From NCBI GenBank assembly GCA_016699465.1, contig CP064977.1, positions 619,739 to 683,738 of the forward strand: a stretch of DNA of 64,000 nucleotides, written 5' to 3'. This document shows, in pieces, positions 26,016-36,316 of the stretch. Under the pieces are notes generated by a model. It worked only from the letters and a program-made list of their open reading frames with translations. It searched no databases and was not told where the DNA came from. A program made the position numbers and the translations under genes. Each line of letters opens with the position of its first letter. Within the stretch, counting starts at the first letter, position 1. The stretch is from Candidatus Campbellbacteria bacterium (lineage in GTDB: Bacteria; Patescibacteriota; Minisyncoccia; Phycocordibacterales; EsbW-18).

Positions 26016-27845
26016 ATGAGCAACGAGATGGAGGCAAAGGCACCGGCAACGTTCAAGGAGTTTCTGGCGGAGTTCAAAGAGACATGTGACACTGTTCGCT
26101 ATGTGTTTCGTCTCACCGATTCTCCGGACGCACGCACGTGGCTCTACAGGAAGTACTTTCTTGTGGTTGTACTGATTCTCATGAGCATGTTTCAACCGAG
26201 AGTGACGGGAATGATTTTCAAAGGCGTCGTGAACAACAACGCCAACCGAATCATCCTGTCTGTCGCTCTTCTTGGCGCACTCATGCTCTTCGAGAAACTT
26301 GTTGCGCTTCTCTACTGGAGGGCGCACGAGTATCTCTTTGGACTGTCCACAGGAAATCTCTATGTACGGATTACCGAGCGGTTTTTTGAAAAGTCGCCCG
26401 GGCAACACCGTCATGTGAAGTCGCTCAACTACGAAAGTGTTAACAAAGGCAAAGACAAAGCTTTTGATATGCACGTTAATCAAGTTCCTGAGCTCGCGGA
26501 AGCAACGCTCACCATCGTGATCGCGTACGCTCTCGTGTGGACTGTTTCACCGTTTGGTGGAATAGTACTCGGGATTGCCATGTGCATTAACATTGCATGG
26601 TCAATCTACCTGAATTATCTCGTCGCGGTCGTGTGCACTCCCATCGAGCGCGACTTCAGTCGCTTCAGGCGTTTTTTTGCTGAGGTGTTTCGTCTCTTTG
26701 AACGTGTGTACGTCTCAAACCGAAAACAGTTTGAAGTCGAACGCATCACACAGCGGTGGCAAGATCTTGCTGTTCGTGATCGAACGTTTTGGTTGCGTCA
26801 CGGCAAGCATGCGACTGCTATGGATATGGTTATGGTTCTCGCAGCACTGATTGTGATTGGTCGTGAATCACTGCACAGTATAGTAAACGACCAAGGCGCA
26901 GGTGCTGTTGCTGTGTTGTATCCACTCTTCGCGTGGTCGAGGCAGATTATCGGCGATATTTGGCGCATCAGACACACTGAACGCCGGATTTACGAGTCGG
27001 TTTCGTCGGTACGGGTTATGCGCGAAACACTCGACATCGTTCCTGATGTTGTTGACAGTGAAAACGCGCGCACACTCGATGCTGAGCACGCGTTGACGCT
27101 TGCGTTCGAGAACATCTCGTACTCGTATCCTCATTCAAACGGCACAATCCAGAACGTTTCGTTCTCGGTGTGTCCGGGAGAAAAAATCGCACTTATTGGT
27201 CCCACCGGGTCTGGTAAGTCAACGATTGAGTATCTTGCGATGCGCTTCATGGACCCGACATCTGGGCGCGTGTGCATCAACGGGCGTGACATTCGGGAGT
27301 ATCAAAGCGGTTCGCGTCTCAACGCAATCGGATACATTCCGCAGAAGCCCCTCATCTTTGATGGAACCGTGCGGGAGAATCTCCTGTACGGTGTTTCTCC
27401 GCATGAGGGGTGTGTGTGGACCGACGCAGAACTTCTCGAACTCATGAACGATCTCGCGATTGACTTCGGGGTGCGTCCAGAGGGTGAAAATCCTCTCGAC
27501 ATCATCGTCGGTCGTGACGGTGTTCAGCTTTCGGGTGGGCAGGCACAACGTCTCGCAATCGGAGCGGCGGTTATCAAACAGCCGAAGCTTCTCATTGTTG
27601 ACGAGGCAACGAGTGCGCTTGATTCGTCCACGGAAACGCAGACACTTGAAGGTTTGCGTAAGTGGATTAACGGATCCGGTATGCTCGTTGTAGCGCATCG
27701 TCTGTCGACGGTGCGCGATGCCGACCGCATTATCGTTCTTGCGAACGGTAAAATTGAAGCGGTCGGAACGTCGTTTGACGAGCTCGTTGGTTCTTCGGAA
27801 ACGTTCCGGAAACTGATTGCTCATCAGGACCATCTGTTGGGGTAG
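26016..27845 (+). CDS. ABC transporter, fused permease/ATP-binding exporter
   Basis: N-terminal 6-TM domain; NBD with GPTGSGKST Walker A, LSGGQAQRLAIGAAV signature, LLIVDEATSALD Walker B. Start at ATG 26016 after aaaggggag. Confidence 0.88.
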   Translation: MSNEMEAKAPATFKEFLAEFKETCDTVRYVFRLTDSPDARTWLYRKYFLVVVLILMSMFQPRVTGMIFKGVVNNNANRIILSVALLGALMLFEKLVALLYWRAHEYLFGLSTGNLYVRITERFFEKSPGQHRHVKSLNYESVNKGKDKAFDMHVNQVPELAEATLTIVIAYALVWTVSPFGGIVLGIAMCINIAWSIYLNYLVAVVCTPIERDFSRFRRFFAEVFRLFERVYVSNRKQFEVERITQRWQDLAVRDRTFWLRHGKHATAMDMVMVLAALIVIGRESLHSIVNDQGAGAVAVLYPLFAWSRQIIGDIWRIRHTERRIYESVSSVRVMRETLDIVPDVVDSENARTLDAEHALTLAFENISYSYPHSNGTIQNVSFSVCPGEKIALIGPTGSGKSTIEYLAMRFMDPTSGRVCINGRDIREYQSGSRLNAIGYIPQKPLIFDGTVRENLLYGVSPHEGCVWTDAELLELMNDLAIDFGVRPEGENPLDIIVGRDGVQLSGGQAQRLAIGAAVIKQPKLLIVDEATSALDSSTETQTLEGLRKWINGSGMLVVAHRLSTVRDADRIIVLANGKIEAVGTSFDELVGSSETFRKLIAHQDHLLG

Positions 27846-27860
27846 GGTTGTACATTCAAA

Positions 27861-27892
27861 AACCCGCAGCACCGAAGTGCTGCGGGTTTTCT
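27861..27892. terminator. bidirectional terminator between convergent ABC gene and rplT
   Basis: aaaaacccgcagcac-cgaa-gtgctgcgggtttt has A/U tracts on both sides. Confidence 0.7.
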
Positions 27893-27904
27893 CTGTATGA
27901 GATT

Positions 27905-28276
27905 TTATTTTGCGGTTGTCTTTGTTTGAGGAGTAACTACTTGTTTAACGATGCGCTCGAATGTCTGAGGATGTGAGACAGCGATTTCTGCGAGCATCTT
28001 ACGGTTGAGAGAAAACTTATTCTTGTGTACGAGCCCTATGAATTTACTGTATGAAATGTTGTGGGGAGCAATGGCTGCTGAAATACGAGTCTGCCACAAT
28101 CGGCGGAAGTCGTTCTTTTTGTCTTTGCGGTGTGCAAATGCGTGCATTCCTGACTTAACGAGTGATTCTTTTGCGAGTTTCTCCTTACTTTTACGTGTAT
28201 TACGAAAACCTTTTGCTCGTTTGAGCACGTTTCGTCGGCGCTTCATTGCAATTGTTCCTCGTTTTACTCGTGTCAT
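27905..28276 (-). CDS. rplT: 50S ribosomal protein L20
   Basis: MTRVKRGTIAMKRRRNVLKRAKGFRN...IAPHNISYSKFI is L20. Confidence 0.92.
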   Translation of the reverse strand: MTRVKRGTIAMKRRRNVLKRAKGFRNTRKSKEKLAKESLVKSGMHAFAHRKDKKNDFRRLWQTRISAAIAPHNISYSKFIGLVHKNKFSLNRKMLAEIAVSHPQTFERIVKQVVTPQTKTTAK

Positions 28277-28305
28277 GGTACAGGTTAGATATTAGAAATA
28301 GGGAA

Positions 28306-28491
28306 TTACTTACTTGGGAGGTAGCGTGTGCGAACCTTTGGTGTCAACGAAATAATCTTTGAACGCTTACGTGCGAGTTGGGTACTTCGGGACTCCTTGG
28401 CATTGTAGTGGTTACCACCAGCTTTTCGGCCAACGAGTTTTCCCGTCTTGGTCACACGAAGTCGTTTTGAATATGCTTTGTTGGTTTTCAT
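28306..28491 (-). CDS. rpmI: 50S ribosomal protein L35
   Basis: MKTNKAYSKRLRVTKTGKLVGRKAGGNHYNAKESR is L35; infC-rpmI-rplT order. Confidence 0.88.
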   Translation of the reverse strand: MKTNKAYSKRLRVTKTGKLVGRKAGGNHYNAKESRSTQLARKRSKIISLTPKVRTRYLPSK

Positions 28492-28563
28492 AGTACTGGG
28501 GGGTGAGAGGTTGGGAGTTGGGTGTTAGTGATTGGTTTTGGTTTTGCGGTTAGTTTGGTTTGG

Positions 28564-28589
28564 TTTAAAAAAGCCCGTTAGGGCTCACC
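28564..28589 (-). terminator. terminator/attenuator hairpin between infC and rpmI (minus strand)
   Basis: Minus-strand gagccc-taac-gggctc followed by tttttt. Confidence 0.5.
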
Positions 28590-28661
28590 TATAATACATT
28601 TTTTGGGTATTTTTGCAAGCCCATTTCCCAGTCCCAAGTATCTAGTCTCCAGTCTCTATTT

Positions 28662-29183
28662 TTACTTCTTTTCAAGCACCATACTCATTCCCTTGGGTGC
28701 CTGCTTCACAGGCTCGGCAATTTTGAAGTCAACGGTAATGAATTTGAGAAATCGTTCCATACGATCCTTAAGAAATGTTTTGTCGAGGTATTTTGCACGT
28801 CCTTGCAGGTAGAGTTCAAAACGAACACGGTGACCTTCTGCAAGCCATTCGGAGGCTTGTTTGGCCTTGATGCCCATACTGTGTTCTGAGGTACCAATTT
28901 TGACCTGCACACTCTTTGTTTCTGTTTGGTGTGATTTTGCCTTGTTTTCGCGAGCCTTTTTTGACTGTTCGTACAAGTATTTTCCGTACTCAATAATTTT
29001 TACAACAGGTGGAGTTGCGTTTGGAGAAATTTCGACGAGATCGAGTCCGTATTCGCGCGCTTTGCTAAGCGCTTCTTCGCGGGGAAGAACGCCGAAATTT
29101 TCTCCATCGGGACCCATCACGCGCATTTCAGGTGCGGTAATAAATGCATTTATACGAACACGATTTCTGTTTGGGGTACTCAA
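28662..29183 (-). CDS. infC: translation initiation factor IF-3
   Basis: INAFITAPEMRVMGPDGE..GVLPREEALSKAREYGLDLVEISPNATPPVVKIIEYGKY is IF3. The annotated start codon is non-ATG (TTG), as is common for infC. Confidence 0.88.
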   Translation of the reverse strand: MSTPNRNRVRINAFITAPEMRVMGPDGENFGVLPREEALSKAREYGLDLVEISPNATPPVVKIIEYGKYLYEQSKKARENKAKSHQTETKSVQVKIGTSEHSMGIKAKQASEWLAEGHRVRFELYLQGRAKYLDKTFLKDRMERFLKFITVDFKIAEPVKQAPKGMSMVLEKK

Positions 29184-29362
29184 AGTAGTAGAAGTTAGAA
29201 GTTGGTGATTGGTTTTGGTTTGGTGGTTGGTTAAAATGTAGCGCTACTATAGCACATTTTCCTGTTTATACAATATTTTATCGGTGGTTCTTTTTGCTGG
29301 CGCGCTTCTGTAGTTTTGCTATAGTTAGTCTGCACAATAATAATGCACAACACAGGTTACGT

Positions 29363-29764
29363 ATGGATACTATTCAAAATAATCAAAACAAACAGAAGAT
29401 TCTCATGGTAGATGATGACGAGTTTCTTGTGTCGTTGTATCAAAAAAAAGCAGAGAGTTATCCTGTGGAACTCCACGTTGCTCTGAGTGGTGAAGACGCG
29501 CTTGCGCAACTTCGTGAGGGATTCGTTCCTGACATCATCGCACTCGACGTTACCATGGCAGGATTGAGTGGTATTGATGTGGTTAAAGCGATGCGAGCTG
29601 AAAAACTTGCACCAAACGCGCGTGTTGTTATTCTTTCAAACAATAATGAAAATGATCTTGCAAAAGATATGCAGGAATATGGTGTGTCAAAGTTTATTAT
29701 GAAGGCATCACTGCTGCCTTCGCAGGTGTTTGATGAACTCCTGTCGATTGTACAATCTAAGTAG
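29363..29764 (+). CDS. response regulator, stand-alone receiver (CheY-like)
   Basis: KILMVDDDEF...PDIIALDVTMAGLSGIDV...KFIMKA carries the receiver Asp/Lys positions; no output domain. Confidence 0.75.
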   Translation: MDTIQNNQNKQKILMVDDDEFLVSLYQKKAESYPVELHVALSGEDALAQLREGFVPDIIALDVTMAGLSGIDVVKAMRAEKLAPNARVVILSNNNENDLAKDMQEYGVSKFIMKASLLPSQVFDELLSIVQSK

Positions 29765-29805
29765 TACAGACGAGACGTTCTCTCACTGTTAAACTCTCAT
29801 TTTGT

Positions 29806-30201
29806 ATGGAAACAGCTCACAAAAAAGTACTCATGGTTGACGACGATGAGTTTCTTTTGTCGTTATACCAAAAACGTGCAACAGCAGAAGGTCTCAATTT
29901 GCGTACTGCATCAAATGGAAAAGATGCTCTCGAAATTCTTCGAAAGAATGAGTTTGTGCCAGATATTGTGGCACTCGATATTACGATGCCGGGTATGTCG
30001 GGTCTTGATGTGTTGAAGGTGGTGCGTGAAGAGCACCTTGTTCCAGACGCAGAAATTGCGATTCTATCTAATACAGCTGACGATGCGGCGATTGCGGTTG
30101 CAAAAAAAATGAATGTACACACATTTATTTTTAAAGCAGCATTTCCACCCTCACAAATTTTTGATGAACTGTTTTCGATGAAAAAAGAAGAGGGAAAGTA
30201 G
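29806..30201 (+). CDS. response regulator, stand-alone receiver (paralog of previous)
   Basis: KVLMVDDDEFLLSLYQKR...PDIVALDITMPGMSGLDV...TFIFKA; tandem paralog. Confidence 0.75.
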   Translation: METAHKKVLMVDDDEFLLSLYQKRATAEGLNLRTASNGKDALEILRKNEFVPDIVALDITMPGMSGLDVLKVVREEHLVPDAEIAILSNTADDAAIAVAKKMNVHTFIFKAAFPPSQIFDELFSMKKEEGK

Positions 30202-30513
30202 TGGGATGGTATCTGGTATCTGGTATCTGGAATGTGGAATGTGGGGGGAATTCAATAGCAAATTTCAAATAACAAAGAAGTAGAAAGTAGCGTGCTCCGC
30301 TAGAGGCGGGGGAAGTAGAAAGCAAAAAGAAAAAACCCCGCACATGAAAGCTGTGTGGGGTTTTGCGCGGGGCGAACTCGCGTGTTAGCGAGCTTTGCAG
30401 AGCTTCATCTTGATGAGAAGATCGCGGACGACGTGCTCGAGCAAATCCGAGATGGGGAGTCTAGCGAATTAGTCCATCTCTGAGTTGGTGGACGAAAATG
30501 ATATAGTAGACAT

Positions 30514-30963
30514 ATGGCACAGTTGATTCAAAACAAAAAAGTACTCCGTGATGTTGAAGTTCTCGAACATGTTGAGGCAGGCATTGAGCTCAAAGGGTAC
30601 GAGGTGAAATCAATACGCGCAGGTAACGGCTCACTTGATGGGGCGTATATTGTTGTGCGTGCAGGGGAAGCGTTTTTGGTGAAGATGCACATTGGGCCAT
30701 ACCAACCTAAGAATCAACCTGAAAACTATGATCCTGAAAAAACACGAAAACTCCTCCTTTCTAAGAAACAAATTCAGGAATTAGCTGATGGAGAAAAACA
30801 GAAAGGATTGACAATAGTGCCATTATCGATGTATAATAAGAAAGGGTTTATAAAAGTTGATTGTGCCCTCGTGCGTGGAAAGAAGAAGGGAGATAAGCGC
30901 GAGTCACTCAAAAAGAAAGAAGCGCAAAAAGATATGCGTCGTACTTTGAAAAGAGAATACTGA
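30514..30963 (+). CDS. smpB: SsrA-binding protein SmpB
   Basis: KVLRDVEVLEHVEAGIELKGYEVKSIRAG..SLDGAYIVVRAGEAFLVKMHIGPY is SmpB; tmRNA gene follows. Confidence 0.9.
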   Translation: MAQLIQNKKVLRDVEVLEHVEAGIELKGYEVKSIRAGNGSLDGAYIVVRAGEAFLVKMHIGPYQPKNQPENYDPEKTRKLLLSKKQIQELADGEKQKGLTIVPLSMYNKKGFIKVDCALVRGKKKGDKRESLKKKEAQKDMRRTLKREY

Positions 30964-30984
30964 TGAGGCACCGCCGAGGCGGTG

Positions 30985-31060
30985 CAAGTTCAAAATCCAA
31001 ATATCAAAATCCAAAATATATTTTTTTGAGTTTTGTACTTTGAGCTTTGTGCTTGTTTCA
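30985..31060. repeat. family-A repeat, inverted/partial copy
   Basis: caaaatccaaatatcaaaatccaaaatat...tttttgagttttgtactttgagctttgtgcttg is the reverse-complement flavour of the ribosomal-operon spacer repeat. Confidence 0.6.
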
Positions 31061-31065
31061 TCTCG

Positions 31066-31467
31066 GGGGATGCCTCGTTTCGACAATGTGACAATTGTTA
31101 TACGTGCGTGGTGGAAGTGTGCTGACTTCCTTAAAACAGTACAAACATACCTGCAAAATCTGCAGTCAAAAGTCCATACTTCACAGTATCGGATTTCGCT
31201 TACGCTCTTGCATAAAGATTCTTGTCCTTCGGGACAAGTTGCCTAAGCGACGTCTTCTGACATCTTCGTTCGAGAGGTGTTAGCGGGTGTAAACCAATTC
31301 GAACTAGCGTACTCGGATGTTCCGACGAATACGTAACACTAATCGGTTCTGGCACGCTATCGTTTCGCCTGTCTTTAAGATAGTGTGTAAGACCTCAAGA
31401 CAACGCTAGATTACGTAGACTCGTATGGCATTACATATTGGACGTGGGGTCAAACCCACCATCTCCA
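31066..31467 (+). ncRNA. ssrA: tmRNA (ssrA), one-piece
   Basis: 5' GGGGAUGCCUCGUUUCGAC pairs with 3' ...GUGGGGUCAAACCCAC CAUCUCC A. Internal tag reading frame ends gct tac gct ctt gca taa (..AYALA*), as tmRNA tags do. Confidence 0.75.
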
Positions 31468-31799
31468 CATTTCAAAAATCAGCTCCGCATGTCGGAGCGA
31501 TTTTTGTTATGTGGAGATGAACACAACACCTGCGTGTTGTGTGGGCGGGTTTGAGCGGTCGGAGCGATGTGCCAAGGGCACACGCGAGACGAGCCTACGA
31601 GCACTTAGGATTTTGGAGCACAGAGTGCGAACAAAATACTTAGTGACTTGGAGGTCATCGCCACCATCTCCACAAAATTAATGAGTCGTAGACGAATATA
31701 ATTTTGTAGGCTCCCGATTTTTCTGTCGAGTACGACATTTAAAATCGCAGTCCCATTTCGGGGATGCCGCACATTGTGCGGCGCCACATCATTATTTTA

Positions 31800-31828
31800 A
31801 ACGAACCGCCCAAAGGCGGTTTTCGTTT
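31800..31828 (+). terminator. rho-independent terminator
   Basis: aaccgcc-caaa-ggcggtt followed by ttcgttt. Confidence 0.65.
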
Positions 31829-31928
31829 ATGGACTAATTCGCACGAATAAGACCATCGTTGACATTAATAGAATGCGCGGGTATCTTCGTCAGTAGCAGT
31901 GTGTTCTTTATCAACAGAGGAGAACTTC

Positions 31929-32156
31929 ATGAATAAGAAGAAGCGGTTTGTATGTCCGATGTGCCTCAAGTTTGCCAAGACCAGGTGGGTAGTGGTTAGA
32001 GATCGACGTTTGCGTCGTTTTTTCTTCCAAAGTCCGGTGCACAGGTGGCGAAGGGTTACCGTGTGTCACAACAGGTGGGTAGGCGAGTTTCGAGTTGGAA
32101 AGGTTGCTCCAAATGGGAGTAAGCCTAATTCACGACATCTGTTGTATTGGGATTAA
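31929..32156 (+). CDS. hypothetical small Arg-rich protein
   Basis: ATG 31929 after gaggag; MNKKKRFVCPMCLKFAKTR...; weak. Confidence 0.25.
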   Translation: MNKKKRFVCPMCLKFAKTRWVVVRDRRLRRFFFQSPVHRWRRVTVCHNRWVGEFRVGKVAPNGSKPNSRHLLYWD

Positions 32157-32169
32157 CGGAGGAGGTACA

Positions 32170-32335
32170 CATGTTCAAAGAACCTGTGGAGTGGATTGAA
32201 ATTGACAGGGACATCTCTGGAAATGGTTGCCTTGTCAGCGTAGGTCTCGCGCTCGGTCTCATCGGACTTTTGTTCGTTCGCTGTTTCTCCTCGGGATACG
32301 CGTTTTTCAAAAAGAAGTTTCAAAAGAAGTTCTAG
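32170..32335 (+). CDS. hypothetical small membrane protein
   Basis: Strong SD ggaggagg then ATG; one TM helix; 54 aa. Confidence 0.35.
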
Positions 32336-32491
32336 GTCACAACACAAGCTCCAAACGAAAAAGCCCACACAACATGCTTTACGTAAGGAGCTTTTTCGTT
32401 TGCTTTGATTTATTGACAAACGGAGGGTTCGTAGATACATTCATTCGTAGAAAAAGTTCGTTTCATTAGCCACAGACAAAAGGAGATTGCA

Positions 32492-32791
32492 ATGTTGTTC
32501 ACATTGCTCAAAGCGCTTTTGATGCTCATTGGTCCATTGGGAATGGTAGTTGTGGGTTTCGTTACTGTCATACTGTACGCTCCACGGAAGATTCAGGACG
32601 TCTCTGGTTGTCTCGGCGCGATTGTGGGAGTGATTCTCTGGGGAGAATTGGTGTACCTTGGATATCGCGCGGACACTGACCAGTATCTTTTCTGGTCATG
32701 GGTCGCTGTGTGTGGTGTTGGTTGGGCGATTTTTCTCGCCGCCTGCGCCGCCTATGGCATTGCGTGCGTCTTGGCCAGTCAAAAAGAGTAG
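32492..32791 (+). CDS. hypothetical small membrane protein
   Basis: aaggag RBS; 99 aa with 3 TM helices. Confidence 0.4.
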   Translation: MLFTLLKALLMLIGPLGMVVVGFVTVILYAPRKIQDVSGCLGAIVGVILWGELVYLGYRADTDQYLFWSWVAVCGVGWAIFLAACAAYGIACVLASQKE

Positions 32792-32889
32792 TTGTCTGTT
32801 CGTTACGGCGCCCCGCGTGTGGGGCGCTTTCGTTTTTTATACTGTTTTGTGTTACATGCTATACATCTCTCGTGTATAATAACGTTCAC

Positions 32890-34827
32890 ATGAAGTCTAC
32901 AACACCAAAACAACAGCAGGGTGGAAAAAAGAATGAGCCAGGGGAAAAAATAGGATCACCGTTTAAAAATAACCCATTTATGGTGAATGTGGGGCTCACT
33001 ATTTTATTACTTATTGTCCTTTCGTTTGGATATGATTTTTTTAGTACACAAAAAACTCCAGAAGATATTCCTCTGTCACAAGTTGCCAATGATGTTGCTG
33101 GGGGAAGTGTGAAATCAATTATCGTACGTGGGGACAAACTCGAGCTTACCTACACGGATGATGTTGTAAAAAAATCTGAAAAAGAGACAGGAAGCTCTCT
33201 TGTTGAAACACTTGCATCATATGGAGTTTCTCAAGAACAACTTGCAACAACAACACTCTCAATCAAACAGGAGTCTGGCTTTTGGTATTGGGTGTTAAAC
33301 CTAGCACCAATTCTTCTTCCGCTTGGTTTCATTATCTTTTTCATTTGGATGCTCACACGACAGGTAAAGGGTGCGGGGATGCAGGCATTTTCATTTGGCC
33401 AATCACGCGCAAAGTTCTTTGACCCACGAGATAAACTCAAAATTACATTTAAGGATGTTGCTGGTGTAAAAGAAGCAAAAGAGGAACTGCTTGAAATTGT
33501 CGACTTCCTCAAAAATCCAAAAAAGTTTTTGAAAATCGGTGCGCGTATTCCGAAGGGTGTGCTCTTGATGGGTGCTCCTGGAACAGGGAAGACACTCTTG
33601 GCACGTGCCGTTGCAGGTGAAGCGAATGTTCCATTCTTCTCCATTTCTGGTTCTGAATTTGTTGAGATGTTTGTAGGAGTTGGTGCATCACGTGTTCGTG
33701 ATTTGTTTCAAACGGTAAAGCGTTCTGGTCCAGCAATTATTTTTATTGATGAAATTGATGCTGTTGGGCGTATTCGTGGTGCTGGTCTTGGTGGAGGTAA
33801 TGATGAGCGTGAACAAACACTCAACCAAATTCTTGTTGAAATGGACGGATTTGAACCAAATGCAGAAATTATTGTGATGGCTGCAACCAACCGACCAGAT
33901 GTGCTTGACCCAGCTCTCCTTCGTCCCGGACGATTTGATAGACGTGTACGTCTTGACTTACCTGACCGCGCCGATCGCGAAGCAATTCTTGGTATTCACG
34001 CACGAAGTAAACCTCTTGCGGAAGATGCAAATTTGAAAGTGATTGCAGAACGGACCCCAGGATTCTCGGGTGCAGATTTACAATCGCTTATGAATGAGGC
34101 AGCGATTCTTGCAGCACGAGAGAACCGTACATCCGTATCACAGTTTGATTTGATCCGCTCCATTGAAAAGGTGATGCTTGGTCCAGAGCGAAAGAGTCAC
34201 ATTTTGACAGACAAAGAAAAGAAAATTACTGCATACCACGAAGCGGGTCACGCACTTGTTGCATCGGTGCTTCCGAACTCAGATCCAATTCACAAAATTT
34301 CTATCATTGCGCGCGGTCATGCAGGAGGATACACACTCTCACTTCCTCTCGAGGAGCGTCGATTGCTCTCACGTAAAGAATTTATTGATCGGCTTGCAAT
34401 GACGCTCGGTGGCTACGCAGCAGAGATGCTCATCTTTGGTGATGTGACGACAGGGCCATCAAATGATTTGCAAGTAGCGTCTGCTCTTGCTCGAGATATG
34501 GTGATGCGATACGGCATGTCAGAAAAACTTGGACCAATCGCGTTTGAAGATGATGATATGAAGATGGCAACGAATGGAGTAATGCAGGAAGGTGCGGGAT
34601 ACTCAGAAAAAGTTGCAGCTCTTATTGATGAAGAGGTGAGCAGCTTCATTAAGAGTGCGCTTGTTGAAGCAGAAAATGCACTGAAGAATCACCGTACGCC
34701 GTTGGATGCAATTGTGGTGCACTTGCTCGAAAAAGAGACGATAGAACAAGACGAATTCGAGGCTATTTTGCGCACACACGGTATTGCGGTTAAGAAAGAC
34801 GCACACACAGAAAAAGTGGTATCATAG
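32890..34827 (+). CDS. ftsH: ATP-dependent zinc metalloprotease FtsH
   Basis: TM-periplasmic-TM region, AAA module [26 protein letters not shown], zinc site HEAGHALV; start at ATG 32890. Confidence 0.92.
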   Translation: MKSTTPKQQQGGKKNEPGEKIGSPFKNNPFMVNVGLTILLLIVLSFGYDFFSTQKTPEDIPLSQVANDVAGGSVKSIIVRGDKLELTYTDDVVKKSEKETGSSLVETLASYGVSQEQLATTTLSIKQESGFWYWVLNLAPILLPLGFIIFFIWMLTRQVKGAGMQAFSFGQSRAKFFDPRDKLKITFKDVAGVKEAKEELLEIVDFLKNPKKFLKIGARIPKGVLLMGAPGTGKTLLARAVAGEANVPFFSISGSEFVEMFVGVGASRVRDLFQTVKRSGPAIIFIDEIDAVGRIRGAGLGGGNDEREQTLNQILVEMDGFEPNAEIIVMAATNRPDVLDPALLRPGRFDRRVRLDLPDRADREAILGIHARSKPLAEDANLKVIAERTPGFSGADLQSLMNEAAILAARENRTSVSQFDLIRSIEKVMLGPERKSHILTDKEKKITAYHEAGHALVASVLPNSDPIHKISIIARGHAGGYTLSLPLEERRLLSRKEFIDRLAMTLGGYAAEMLIFGDVTTGPSNDLQVASALARDMVMRYGMSEKLGPIAFEDDDMKMATNGVMQEGAGYSEKVAALIDEEVSSFIKSALVEAENALKNHRTPLDAIVVHLLEKETIEQDEFEAILRTHGIAVKKDAHTEKVVS

Positions 34828-34851
34828 TTTATACACTCTAATTATCTATAT

Positions 34852-35445
34852 ATGTTTGGAAATATCTTTGAAAAAAGATCAGAAGGCCGACTGGTTCCTT
34901 CGCGGGGAAGTGAGGATATTGCAACAAAGACTCCAGGATTAGACGGAGTTGATCGCGCAAGAGGCGCTGTTGTTGGTCAAGTTGAGGGCACAAATACACC
35001 AGGTCTTGATACGCTTGATCCATCAATAGAATCCCCAGTTGTGGCATTGGCCGAAAGTTTTGGTGCATCAGTAGAGAGTGGGGAGGCTATTATTAGACGC
35101 CCTATTTCTGTGGCAAAAGTTGGACCGATTGGTCCTCATACCCCAGAGGAAATAAATAAAGGGAAGAGGCTTTCTGGCACTGTTGGGAATATTGCGCAAC
35201 CACAGGAGAGTAACAATGAAAGTCCTGAGGAACGAGAAGAAAGGTGGCGACTGGGTGTGATAGAAGCATTCAAAAAATTGCCATTTCGTCCTGAAGAGGC
35301 TGTTGGTGGGATTGAGCTTCAAGAAGTTGTGCGAAAAATACAGGAACTTGGTTTTGCAACAGAAAAAGATGCACGTATGTCGGGGTTTGAAGAAGGTATG
35401 ATTAGAATAATAAAAGATCTGGTACGGCAGAAAAAGACAGGGTAG
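34852..35445 (+). CDS. hypothetical protein
   Basis: 197-aa ORF immediately after ftsH; no family recognised. Confidence 0.45.
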   Translation: MFGNIFEKRSEGRLVPSRGSEDIATKTPGLDGVDRARGAVVGQVEGTNTPGLDTLDPSIESPVVALAESFGASVESGEAIIRRPISVAKVGPIGPHTPEEINKGKRLSGTVGNIAQPQESNNESPEEREERWRLGVIEAFKKLPFRPEEAVGGIELQEVVRKIQELGFATEKDARMSGFEEGMIRIIKDLVRQKKTG

Positions 35446-35510
35446 ATTTGACTTCTTCTATTTTTGTAATATATTTATCTTAGTAACGTTCCTACTCATG
35501 GAGGTGGTAT

Positions 35511-35819
35511 ATGAGAGTCGCTCACGCGGTCTCTCGAGACCGCCACCAACTTCGACTTGTTCCTCGCGAAGGAACGAAGCTCTCAACTGACCAGAAAGAG
35601 TTTCTCGACATACTGCACCGAGAGGCGATTCTATCGCCCCGAGCAACGGTCGTGTGGAAAGAGCTTCAAAGTCAGGGGCTCAGTGCTCGGCAAGCGTTTG
35701 CTGCGTACTGGCTCATGAGAGATTTGTTTGTCGGGAAAGGTTTCAAGGGGTTTAATCAGGATGAACTTTTTGCGGTTCTTCGCGAAATCGAGGAGCAAAA
35801 TCCACCGCTTGTGGGGTGA
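35511..35819 (+). CDS. hypothetical protein
   Basis: 102 aa; tggaggtggtat RBS before ATG. Confidence 0.45.
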   Translation: MRVAHAVSRDRHQLRLVPREGTKLSTDQKEFLDILHREAILSPRATVVWKELQSQGLSARQAFAAYWLMRDLFVGKGFKGFNQDELFAVLREIEEQNPPLVG

Positions 35820-35837
35820 GGTACCCCGCAAGCGTCA

Positions 35838-35875
35838 GGGCAGATGCACATCGTGCATCTGCCCAATTTCTTTTC
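35838..35875 (+). terminator. rho-independent terminator
   Basis: gggcagatgcac-atc-gtgcatctgccc followed by aatttcttttcc. Confidence 0.7.
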
Positions 35876-35932
35876 CACAGAGAAGGTGCCGATAGCCAAA
35901 CATGTGTGTCTTTTTTGTAGTACCATTAGTGT

Positions 35933-36316
35933 ATGGCTGATTCAAAAAAACGTATCCTTATTATTGAAGATGAAATGCCATTGCGGGGCGCACTTCGTGA
36001 GTTTTTAATACGTGAAGGATTTGCTGTTCTTGAAGCCGAAAATGGTGAGAAAGGTTTAGAGATTGCAACACGCGAACATCCAGACCTCATCTTGCTTGAT
36101 ATTGTTATGCCTCACATGGACGGTATGACCATGCTTTCGTTCTTGCGAAAGGACGCGTGGGGAAAAACAGTGCCTGTTATTATTTTGACAAACCTTTCAA
36201 CAACAGACGAAAAACGAAACAGCGACATTACCGAATTGTTGCCGTCATTTTATTTGATAAAAAGTGATTGGAAATTGGAAGATCTCCTCGAAAAAATACA
36301 GGAGTGTCTCGTTTAG
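35933..36316 (+). CDS. response regulator, stand-alone receiver (CheY-like)
   Basis: KRILIIEDEMPLRGAL...PDLILLDIVMPHMDGMTML...PVIILTN; no output domain. Confidence 0.75.
   Translation: MADSKKRILIIEDEMPLRGALREFLIREGFAVLEAENGEKGLEIATREHPDLILLDIVMPHMDGMTMLSFLRKDAWGKTVPVIILTNLSTTDEKRNSDITELLPSFYLIKSDWKLEDLLEKIQECLV

Noticed and set aside
30205-30255. Possible CRISPR or tandem array (tggtatc x3, gaatgtg x2)
   Set aside because: Units are only 7 nt with no spacers and no cas genes. It is a simple microsatellite-like tandem repeat.
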